64,000 nucleotides of DNA from a virus. Positions 20,762 through 27,900 of this stretch are shown piece after piece. The notes below the pieces were generated by a model, which was not told the origin of the DNA, did no database searches, and saw only the letters and a list, made by a program, of their open reading frames with translations. Position 1 is the first letter of the stretch, and every line of letters begins with the position of its first letter. The stretch is from IMG/VR virus record IMGVR_UViG_3300027972_000007, positions 32,001 to 96,000 of that record. One strand, given 5' to 3'. A program made the translations under genes and the position numbers.

Positions 20762-21019
20762 ATGTCTAATTTAAAAAAGTTGAATAAACCTGTATTGGCT
20801 GAAGGCGAAGTTACAGGCCACGCACACGTTATTGATGCAGATGTTGATGTTTATTTAGATGAAAGTAGCGGTTCACGCGAATTTCATCTCGACGAACCAG
20901 CCACAATAGTTCATGAAGAACACAACCCCATCACTATTGAAGAAATGGATGACTTCGAGGTTGGAAAAGTGCAAGAATATGACCACTTTCTCGAAGAATC
21001 GCGTAACGTTCAAGATTAA
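20762..21019 (+). CDS. Conserved small phage protein (LAEGEVTGHAH)
   Basis: His-rich putative metal-binding motif; strong RBS. Confidence 0.7.
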   Translation: MSNLKKLNKPVLAEGEVTGHAHVIDADVDVYLDESSGSREFHLDEPATIVHEEHNPITIEEMDDFEVGKVQEYDHFLEESRNVQD

Positions 21020-21031
21020 TTTTTTGGTATT

Positions 21032-21811
21032 ATGATTAAAATACTTTCAGGCTGGAGCAATCCCGGAGGGAGTACAACAAGTTGGATTAACCTAACTAAT
21101 GAATTAAATAGAGTAGGTTATCCGACTTGTTTATATGGCCCTCATAATTATCATATTGATAAGTGTAAAAGTAATTTTTTAGCATGTTTAAAAATTAACA
21201 ATGAAGATAGAATAATAATTCATTTTTTAAAACCACAAACCATAATTTGTAAAAAATATATATTTAGTTCGCACGAACAAAATATATTTCCAATATCGAA
21301 TATAAATTATAAAATATGTGATAAAATTCATTATGTCAGTCAATGGCAAAAGGAATACCATAATATTGATCATCCATATTTTATAATTCCTAATATTGTT
21401 GAAAATTTAAAAATATCAAATAAACCAGATAAAATATTTGGTATTATTGGTAGTATTGATAGAAATAAAAATGTTCATAAAAGTATTGAAAGAGCTATTA
21501 ATGATGGGGCTAAAAAAATACTTATTTATGGTATGGTTACTGATCAAAAATATTTTATGGAAGAAATTCAACCTATTATTAAAAAATATGGTAATATTGA
21601 AATGAAAGGTTTTTGTAATGATAAGCAAAAAATGTATGATTCGATAAGTAGAGTATATCAAGATAGTGAAATGGAAAGTTGGGGATATATTCGAGCGGAA
21701 TGTATTAAAACTGGAACTGAATTTTATGGCAATAAAACAACGGAAAAAATAGATATTTGGAATACAGATAAAATAATTGAGGGATGGTTAAAAGAAATGG
21801 AGATTTTATGA
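21032..21811 (+). CDS. Glycosyltransferase (GT-B, family 4-like)
   Basis: N-terminal PGG, VS..QK, IPN, G.I...KN, ESWG...AE motifs. Confidence 0.75.
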   Translation: MIKILSGWSNPGGSTTSWINLTNELNRVGYPTCLYGPHNYHIDKCKSNFLACLKINNEDRIIIHFLKPQTIICKKYIFSSHEQNIFPISNINYKICDKIHYVSQWQKEYHNIDHPYFIIPNIVENLKISNKPDKIFGIIGSIDRNKNVHKSIERAINDGAKKILIYGMVTDQKYFMEEIQPIIKKYGNIEMKGFCNDKQKMYDSISRVYQDSEMESWGYIRAECIKTGTEFYGNKTTEKIDIWNTDKIIEGWLKEMEIL

Positions 21812-22197
21812 ATAATAAATCATACAAATTAGGTTTTAAAAGAACAGGCCCAGCATTAGAAGATATAAAAAAAGAATTAGAAACAAAATCAAATAATACC
21901 GACGATTTTATTACGCCAGATTTGAAAGGCGTAAATCCAGATCTTTCCGAAATAAATATTAAAAATGTAGAATTTACTGACGATTCGGATGCAGTCAATT
22001 ATCCATCGCATTATAATAAAGGCGGTATCGAAGTAATAGATTTTATAATGGCATGGTTTACTGATGATTATTGTTTGGGAAATGTTTGCAAATATATTGC
22101 AAGAAGCAAACACAAAGGTAAAGAATTAGAAGATTTAAAGAAAGCACAATGGTATTTGAACAAAAAAATTAATTTTTTAACTAATGCAAACAAATAA
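21808..22197 (+). CDS. DUF3310-like protein
   Basis: [16 protein letters not shown]...GNV.KYI.R..HKG..LEDLKKA.WYL; start moved to the ATGA overlap. Confidence 0.8.
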   Translation: MNNKSYKLGFKRTGPALEDIKKELETKSNNTDDFITPDLKGVNPDLSEINIKNVEFTDDSDAVNYPSHYNKGGIEVIDFIMAWFTDDYCLGNVCKYIARSKHKGKELEDLKKAQWYLNKKINFLTNANK

Positions 22198-22417
22198 TAT
22201 ATTACCAATAGAAGAAATAGATCCGGAATTTGCTACTTTAATTAAACAGGTAGCGAATAAAGAGTTACCTGCAATTGTTTTTAATGATAAAGTATTTAAA
22301 ACAATTAATGGCAAAATAGTTGGTGAAATTGTTGATAATATATTAAAAATAGGTAGAAATGAATTATGCCCTTGTAATAGTGGAAGGAAATATAAAAAAT
22401 GTTGTGGTGGAAAATAA
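22184..22417 (+). CDS. SEC-C motif protein
   Basis: [20 protein letters not shown]. Confidence 0.85.
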   Translation: MQTNNILPIEEIDPEFATLIKQVANKELPAIVFNDKVFKTINGKIVGEIVDNILKIGRNELCPCNSGRKYKKCCGGK

Positions 22418-22638
22418 AGAATATAATTAATAAAATCAGATGGCAAATAAAGATTTTGTGGTGGTTTGCAATTGATTTCATTAATGGAAGATGATTAGCA
22501 TCTGTTTTAACATGGTGGAATTTAAAACACTATTTTTATATTCTCATATAGCAGGATTTAGTATAGCAACAATATTATTTATTATATTTATTGTATTGTG
22601 GTATTTAATAACAATTTTAATAAAGAGAATTAATCATA

Positions 22639-22920
22639 ATGAATGGAATAATTAGTAAGTATAATTTAGCATTCAAAATAGAAAACAACATAGAAGTAAC
22701 TTATATAGAAGTACCTAAAGGTTCAATAATTCTAAAAGCCGATAACGAGAATAACCAATTGTATTTTTATATATTAACAACCGATTCTAAAAAAATGGAA
22801 ACATTAAAAATAGTAGCATACCGCAATAATATAAAATATGATTTTGCTGGTAGTTATATAGATTCAATAACAATTACATATAAATTTGAAGATTTAATAT
22901 ATCATTTTTTCGTGGAATAA
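22639..22920 (+). CDS. Hypothetical protein
   Basis: Intact ORF within the operon. Confidence 0.55.
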   Translation: MNGIISKYNLAFKIENNIEVTYIEVPKGSIILKADNENNQLYFYILTTDSKKMETLKIVAYRNNIKYDFAGSYIDSITITYKFEDLIYHFFVE

Positions 22921-22922
22921 AA

Positions 22923-23438
22923 ATGGCTAATATATTTTTTACATCTGATACACATTTTGGTCATTTAAATAAAAGAGGAACAGGAATTATTGATTATTGT
23001 AAAAGGCCATTTAAAGATATAATAGAAATGGATAACGCATTAATTGAAAATTGGAATAGAAAAGTATCGATGTATGATATAGTATATCATTTAGGAGATT
23101 TTTCTTTTTATAATTTTTCAATAGCTAAATTAAATGGTTATATTCAATTCATAAAAGGTAATCATGATGCTAAAAAATGGCCTGATTTCGCAGTAGTAAA
23201 ATTTAAAGGAAAGAAAATATTATTACGGCATAAACCTTTTGAAAAATATGAAGATATTTCATATCCTCAATGTGATATTATATTTTGTGGGCATGTACAT
23301 GAAAAATGGCTGTTTAAAATATGTAAAAGTTTAAATAATGAAAGTAAATTAATGATAAATGTTGGAGTAGATATGTGGAATTTTGAACCAGTTACATTCG
23401 ATGAAATAATGAAAAATGTAAGAATAAGGAGTATGTGA
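22923..23438 (+). CDS. Calcineurin-like metallophosphoesterase
   Basis: SDTHFGH, HLGDF, GNHD, GHVH motifs. Confidence 0.9.
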   Translation: MANIFFTSDTHFGHLNKRGTGIIDYCKRPFKDIIEMDNALIENWNRKVSMYDIVYHLGDFSFYNFSIAKLNGYIQFIKGNHDAKKWPDFAVVKFKGKKILLRHKPFEKYEDISYPQCDIIFCGHVHEKWLFKICKSLNNESKLMINVGVDMWNFEPVTFDEIMKNVRIRSM

Positions 23439-23439
23439 T

Positions 23440-23973
23440 ATGAATAATGAACATGTAGAAATTCTTAAATCTGGTGTTGCAGAATGGAATGAGTGGAGAA
23501 AAGAAAATCATAGTGTAATTCCTGATCTGCAAGGTGCTAATCTGCGGGGTGCTAATCTGCAGGGTGCTGATCTGTGGAATGCTAATCTGCAGGATGCTGA
23601 TCTGCAGGGTGCTGATCTGTGGAATGCTAATCTGCAGGATGCTGATCTGCGGGGTGCTAATCTGCGGGGTGCATATCTTTCCCGTGCAGATCTTCTGAGA
23701 AGTCAGTATCAAATATCAAATTTATTACATGGAATATGTTGGGGCGAATTAACTAAAGAATTAACTCTCGAACTAATGCGTAGAGACGCAATAATTTGTG
23801 GAGTTGAAAAAATGAATAAATGGGCAAAAGGGCACAATTGTCCATTTAAAACAGGTTTTGAAAGGGATTTTTTCTTTAATCAAAATCAAAAAATTTGGAA
23901 ACCAGGTAAACCAAAACTTAATGATTTACAACTATTTAAAGCTTTATGTAATGTAAAGAAAATAAAGATTTGA
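23440..23973 (+). CDS. Pentapeptide-repeat protein
   Basis: A(N/D)LxG repeats; 15-nt DNA periodicity at 23522-23700. Confidence 0.9.
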   Translation: MNNEHVEILKSGVAEWNEWRKENHSVIPDLQGANLRGANLQGADLWNANLQDADLQGADLWNANLQDADLRGANLRGAYLSRADLLRSQYQISNLLHGICWGELTKELTLELMRRDAIICGVEKMNKWAKGHNCPFKTGFERDFFFNQNQKIWKPGKPKLNDLQLFKALCNVKKIKI

Positions 23974-24408
23974 AATGAATTACTTCTATACCCTATATAT
24001 ATAATTAAAACAAAGGAGTTGAAAGTGAAAGGTCTTTTCATAAAATTAATATTCATTTTTGTATTTGCTTTATCGTATGCTTCATTAACAGATTATATTA
24101 TATCCCATAAATTAATAACAGAAGCAAGAAGTCTAATAACGTTAGGATTTTTTATGGGAATAACATGGGCAATTATTTACGATATTATTTTTACCATCAC
24201 AAAACACAATCATTATAAATAATTAAAATAAATCTTGTTTTTATTAGAAAAATTTATTGAACATTGACAACCCCAAATTACCAGAATGATTAATGAAGCA
24301 GCAAAAGAATTCGTAGATAATAAATTTTGGGAAATTACTGAATTATTAAATTCTTTAAAAGAACAAGTTCAAAATAAAATAGAAGATAAATAAAAAGGAA
24401 TATGTGGT

Positions 24409-24627
24409 ATGCCAATTAACACTAAAATAATAGAAATTTCAAAAAAGATTCTAAATTCTAATGGTAATATGCACGATAGAGTCGAAAAAGTAATTGAACC
24501 ATATAATTTAAGTGACGACGAATTATCTCAATTAGGATTTGAGTTAATAACTGATGTTATTTCAATTTTTTGCCAATTAAAAATTATGCGCGGAATAAAG
24601 ACTAGAAAATCACAGGGTTATAAATAA
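24409..24627 (+). CDS. Hypothetical protein
   Basis: RBS-preceded ORF between two copies of a ~40-bp repeat (24214, 24619). Confidence 0.45.
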   Translation: MPINTKIIEISKKILNSNGNMHDRVEKVIEPYNLSDDELSQLGFELITDVISIFCQLKIMRGIKTRKSQGYK

Positions 24628-24680
24628 TTAAAATAAATCTTGTTTTTATTAGAAAAATATATTATATTTAATGTTGATAT

Positions 24681-24695
24681 TATAAATAATTAAAA
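24681..24695 (+). promoter_or_regulatory. T4-type late promoter TATAAATA(ATTAAAA)
   Basis: Same motif at 6186, 24214, 24619, 27685; one-mismatch variants at 15549 and 24941. Confidence 0.7.
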
Positions 24696-24706
24696 AGGAT
24701 GGAAAT

Positions 24707-24931
24707 ATGAAGTCAGTATTAGAGTATTTAAATGAGAGTACAAAATATGTATCAGTAGATACAAACGCATTCGAAAATGAATATGGAAAGAAACCAAAAG
24801 GAATAGCCGGATGGGCATTTAAAATTAATGGGAAAGAATTTTCTTTTAGTGGTAGTTATTCAGAAGCAGTAAAAAAAGCTAAAGAAAGAGCATCTAATAT
24901 GGGTGTATATTCAATAACACTTATGATTTAA
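24707..24931 (+). CDS. Putative internal head protein
   Basis: MKSVLEYLNE leader directly behind a late promoter. Confidence 0.6.
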   Translation: MKSVLEYLNESTKYVSVDTNAFENEYGKKPKGIAGWAFKINGKEFSFSGSYSEAVKKAKERASNMGVYSITLMI

Positions 24932-24967
24932 TACAGTAATGATAAATAATTAAAAAGAGAAGATATT

Positions 24968-25093
24968 ATGATAAAAAGTACAAGACGAATTACAATTACC
25001 TCGAAACCATGTTTAACCATATCATGGCTCGAAGGTGTATTGTTTTATCATAATGATAAAGCAAATCAACCCAGAATGCTTTATATGAAATAA
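24968..25093 (+). CDS. Putative attenuator leader peptide of the tRNA array (41 aa, all 20 amino acids)
   Basis: MIKSTRRITITSKPCLTISWLEGVLFYHNDKANQPRMLYMK*; its 3' end forms the antiterminator arm. Confidence 0.7.
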   Translation: MIKSTRRITITSKPCLTISWLEGVLFYHNDKANQPRMLYMK

Positions 25094-25123
25094 GTAAAAA
25101 ACTTATAAAATTTCATATAAAGC
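25078..25123 (+). promoter_or_regulatory. Antiterminator hairpin
   Basis: GCTTTATATGAAAT (25078-91) is perfectly complementary to ATTTCATATAAAGC (25110-23); overlaps the terminator 5' arm. Confidence 0.7.
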
Positions 25124-25158
25124 CTTTAAAGAAGAGATTTTTTAAAGGCTTTTTTATT
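25119..25158 (+). terminator. Intrinsic terminator/attenuator upstream of the tRNA array
   Basis: AAAGCCTTTAAAGAA-GAGA-TTTTTTAAAGGC followed by TTTTTTATT. Confidence 0.85.
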
Positions 25159-25199
25159 AGTTCTTTGACATTTATACAATTTCGCCAAGTACATTTTTT

Positions 25200-25276
25200 C
25201 GGGGCGTATTGTAATCTGGTAACACTCCTGACTTGGGATCAGGAAAGTGAGGGTTCAAATCCCTCTGTCCCGACCA
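25200..25276 (+). tRNA. tRNA-Pro(TGG)
   Basis: Cloverleaf; CCTGA-CTTGGGA-TCAGG; CCA encoded. Confidence 0.9.
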
Positions 25277-25279
25277 TAT

Positions 25280-25363
25280 TGACGAGTAGTCTAATGGCAA
25301 GACAGCAGGCTGTTAACCTGCCGCAGAATAATCTGTTTGGAGGTTCGAATCCTCTCTCGTCAG
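25280..25363 (+). tRNA. tRNA-Asn(GTT) with long variable arm
   Basis: GCAGG-CTGTTAA-CCTGC, G73, extra CAGA/TCTG stem; no CCA. Confidence 0.8.
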
Positions 25364-25374
25364 CTAAATTATAT

Positions 25375-25446
25375 TGCAGAGTACAGTATTGGTAACTGAG
25401 GAGCCTCATAAGCTTCTTTATATGGGTTCAAATCCCATCTCTGCTA
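25375..25446 (+). tRNA. tRNA-Met(CAT), 1:72 mismatch
   Basis: GGAGC-CTCATAA-GCTTC; U1/U72 unpaired as in initiators but lacks three G-C pairs; no CCA. Confidence 0.75.
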
Positions 25447-25452
25447 AATTTC

Positions 25453-25527
25453 GACTGAGTGGTGAAGTCCGGTTAACACGGTAGTCTGCAAAACTATTAT
25501 TCACAGGTTCAAATCCTGTCTCGGTCT
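25453..25527 (+). tRNA. tRNA-Cys(GCA)
   Basis: GTAGT-CTGCAAA-ACTAT, U73; no CCA. Confidence 0.85.
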
Positions 25528-25531
25528 TTTC

Positions 25532-25617
25532 GGAGGATTAGGATAATTGGTAATCCAACAGTCTTGAAAACTGTCGTCAGAAATGATTTGAGGGTTCGAG
25601 TCCCTTGTCCTCCGCCA
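25532..25617 (+). tRNA. tRNA-Ser(TGA)
   Basis: CTTGAAA loop, long variable arm, GCCA end. Confidence 0.9.
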
Positions 25618-25625
25618 AATTATAT

Positions 25626-25701
25626 GTTGGAGGTAGTTCAAAGGTAGAACATTGGATTGTGGTTCCAATAGTTGCGGGTTCAAATCCCGTCTTCCAACCC
25701 A
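25626..25701 (+). tRNA. tRNA-His(GTG)
   Basis: G-1:C73; TTGGA-TTGTGGT-TCCAA. Confidence 0.9.
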
Positions 25702-25707
25702 AAATAT

Positions 25708-25783
25708 AGCGCTGTCGCCAAGTGGTTAAGGCGCCACTCTGATAAGGTGGTATACAACGGTTCAACTCCGTTCAGCGCTACCA
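25708..25783 (+). tRNA. tRNA-Ile(GAT)
   Basis: CCACT-CTGATAA-GGTGG; CCA. Confidence 0.9.
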
Positions 25784-25789
25784 AATTTT

Positions 25790-25865
25790 GCTGGTGTAAC
25801 TCAATTGGTAGAGTAGTAGTTTTGTAAACTACAAGTTAAGTGTTCGAATCACTTCATCAGCTCCA
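25790..25865 (+). tRNA. tRNA-Thr(TGT)
   Basis: GTAGT-TTTGTAA-ACTAC; CCA. Confidence 0.9.
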
Positions 25866-25873
25866 AATTACAT

Positions 25874-25948
25874 GGGTCATAACAGTCGGACGGGCGAGTT
25901 TCCTTTGCAAGGAAATTTTGATGGGTGGAACTCCCATATGATCCACCA
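25874..25948 (+). tRNA. tRNA-Ala(TGC), non-canonical D/T loops
   Basis: G3:U70 present; TTTCC-TTTGCAA-GGAAA; T-loop TGGAACT. Confidence 0.75.
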
Positions 25949-25954
25949 AATTAA

Positions 25955-26030
25955 GCGGATATCGTTTAGTTGATAAGACCTCTGCCTTCCAAGCAGGTGA
26001 CTGCCGGTTTGAATCCGGCTATCCGCACCA
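25955..26030 (+). tRNA. tRNA-Gly(TCC)
   Basis: TCTGC-CTTCCAA-GCAGG; CCA. Confidence 0.85.
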
Positions 26031-26074
26031 ATATATACAGGTTCAACTCCTGTTAATCATATTAATTTTAATAT

Positions 26075-26174
26075 ACGTCTGTAGCTCAACGAATAGAGCG
26101 CTTGGTCACGAACCAAGGACTTCTCAGCCACGAACTGAGGACTTGTGAGGGTTTGAATCCTTCCAGACGTACCA
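26075..26174 (+). tRNA. tRNA-Arg(ACG) with duplicated anticodon arm
   Basis: ACGTCTG/CAGACGT acceptor; two tandem stem-loops, both with ACG. Confidence 0.75.
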
Positions 26175-26175
26175 C

Positions 26176-26252
26176 GCGACGGTCGATTAGTTGGTTAAGT
26201 CTCTGGATTGTCAATCCAGTGATCGTGGGTTCAAATCCCATTCGTCGCGCCA
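26176..26252 (+). tRNA. tRNA-Asp(GTC)
   Basis: CTGGA-TTGTCAA-TCCAG; GCCA end. Confidence 0.9.
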
Positions 26253-26258
26253 AATCAT

Positions 26259-26343
26259 GGAGACGTATGTTAATGGTAAACAACAGGTTTGCTAAACCTG
26301 CGTCTGAAAAGATTTCAGGGTTCAAATCCCTGCGTCCCCGCCA
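26259..26343 (+). tRNA. tRNA-Ser(GCT)
   Basis: TTGCTAA loop; long variable arm. Confidence 0.9.
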
Positions 26344-26350
26344 AGTTTAT

Positions 26351-26423
26351 GCAGCAATATATCAATTGGTAGATAGCCACTTTGCCAAGGTGGAGGTTGC
26401 CGGTTCAAGCCCGGTTTGCTGCT
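26351..26423 (+). tRNA. tRNA-Gly(GCC)
   Basis: CCACT-TTGCCAA-GGTGG; no CCA. Confidence 0.85.
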
Positions 26424-26438
26424 TTTATAAAAATTATC

Positions 26439-26528
26439 GGGCAGGAGGTCAGATATCGGTTGGCTGCACCAGACTGTAAATCTGGATTCTGTAATAGAAC
26501 GTGGAAGGTTCAACTCCTTCTCTGCCCA
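26439..26528 (+). tRNA. tRNA-Tyr(GTA)
   Basis: CCAGA-CTGTAAA-TCTGG; long variable arm; no CCA. Confidence 0.9.
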
Positions 26529-26545
26529 TAAGTTCTTTGAAAATT

Positions 26546-26620
26546 GCCCCCATAACTCAGATGGTTTAGAGTAATTCACTTTTAATGAATAAGTCGTCAG
26601 TTCGAATCTGACTGGGGGTA
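26546..26620 (+). tRNA. tRNA-Lys(TTT)
   Basis: ATTCA-CTTTTAA-TGAAT; no CCA. Confidence 0.9.
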
Positions 26621-26630
26621 TAAAATTATT

Positions 26631-26705
26631 GGGCAAGTGGCGAAATTGGTATCCGCGATAGTTTCAAAAACTATACAAATAAGAGTTCGAATCTCTTCTT
26701 GCCCA
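26631..26705 (+). tRNA. tRNA-Leu(CAA), short variable loop
   Basis: ATAGT-TTCAAAA-ACTAT, Leu-type D arm, A73; no CCA. Confidence 0.8.
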
Positions 26706-26715
26706 TAAAGTTTTT

Positions 26716-26797
26716 AGCCTGATGGTGGAATTGGCATACACGCAAGTCTTAGAAACTTGTTCTGAAAAGATTGAGAGTTCAAATCTCTCTCGGGCTA
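26716..26797 (+). tRNA. tRNA-Leu(TAG)
   Basis: CAAGT-CTTAGAA-ACTTG; long variable arm; no CCA. Confidence 0.85.
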
Positions 26798-26808
26798 TAT
26801 AAATTATT

Positions 26809-26885
26809 GCTCCTGTAGCTCAAATGAATAGAGTAAGACGCTTCTAACGTCGAGGTTGCAGGTTTGAATCCTGCCAGGAGTACCA
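26809..26885 (+). tRNA. tRNA-Arg(TCT)
   Basis: GACG-CTTCTAA-CGTC; CCA. Confidence 0.9.
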
Positions 26886-26902
26886 TTATAAAAGAAGGAC
26901 GT

Positions 26903-27493
26903 ATGTTACAGACACTGGAATTAAATAAAGCATCAGTTCCTGTTGGAATTATATCTGCTAAAAGAGCATTAATAGCAGTATGTAATAAAAGAGCTATTGC
27001 TTTAGCAAATTATGATAAAGTTTATCATTCATCGGATTATATATGCATGGATTTGAATTTAGTAAAAGGAAAGAATTCATTAATATCAATTCCTATTCCA
27101 TCAGTCATACGATTTATTGATTCTGATTTCATGCCAAAAAGATATACAAATATTTTACCATTTAATCGCATGAATGTGTATATAAGAGATAGTGGAACTT
27201 GTTGTTATTGTGGTAAAAAAGTATCCATAAGTAATTTTACTTTTGATCATGTTATACCAAGGGCTGATGGAGGAAAAAGCTGTTGGGAAAATGTTGTGGT
27301 GAGTTGTGTAAAATGCAATAATCAAAAGGATAGAATTCCATTACATAAATTTTCAAAGAAACTTATAAAAAAACCATATGTACCACATTTAACGAAAGCA
27401 GCACCAGAACATTTAGTAAGTAGAATAGCAATGGAAATACCACATGAAACATGGTTAGATTATATTTACTGGAGAATAGAATTAGAAGAGTAA
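26903..27493 (+). CDS. HNH endonuclease
   Basis: RDSGTCCYCG...TFDHVIPRADGG...WENVV..CVKCN..K; start moved to the ATG after GAAGGA because the track start lies inside tRNA-Arg. Confidence 0.9.
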   Translation: MLQTLELNKASVPVGIISAKRALIAVCNKRAIALANYDKVYHSSDYICMDLNLVKGKNSLISIPIPSVIRFIDSDFMPKRYTNILPFNRMNVYIRDSGTCCYCGKKVSISNFTFDHVIPRADGGKSCWENVVVSCVKCNNQKDRIPLHKFSKKLIKKPYVPHLTKAAPEHLVSRIAMEIPHETWLDYIYWRIELEE

Positions 27494-27508
27494 TTTCATG
27501 AAAAATAA

Positions 27509-27583
27509 GCTCCCGTAGTGCAGTGGTTAGCACGTCTGGTTTTCAACCAGAGAATCTCGGTTCAACTCCGGGCGGGAGTACCA
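27509..27583 (+). tRNA. tRNA-Glu(TTC)
   Basis: TCTGG-TTTTCAA-CCAGA; CCA. Confidence 0.9.
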
Positions 27584-27713
27584 TATTTTAATGAAATCAC
27601 ATTTCTATTTGTTGGCTAGAGAAATAAGGATAATATTATAATTTTTAACAAAATAAATTAAATCGAAATAATAATTATTATTTTTATAAATAATTAAAAA
27701 AGGAAAGATATAC

Positions 27714-27899
27714 ATGCTCAATCAATTAAATCAAATTAAAAGTAAAGTTTGTTTGTGTGATAAAACATTAAAAGAATTAACTAAAGAATTAGATATGGAT
27801 TATAACAGTTTTATTAGAATTATTAACGGTTACCAGAAGATTCCCGAAGGATTTTTTCAAAAAGTAGAATTAGTTTTAAAAACATGGAAAGAAAAATAA
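27714..27899 (+). CDS. Small HTH (XRE-like) protein
   Basis: TLKELTKELDMDYNSFIRIING HTH pattern; abuts tnpB. Confidence 0.65.
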   Translation: MLNQLNQIKSKVCLCDKTLKELTKELDMDYNSFIRIINGYQKIPEGFFQKVELVLKTWKEK

Positions 27900-27900
27900 T

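Noticed and set aside
23522-23700. Regular repeats resembling a CRISPR array
   Set aside because: 15-nt coding periodicity of a pentapeptide-repeat protein; no spacers or cas genes
25165-26636. ORF-track ORFs over the tRNA array (25165, 25501, 25577, 26086, 26102, 26322; also 29049)
   Set aside because: Shadow translations of tRNA genes
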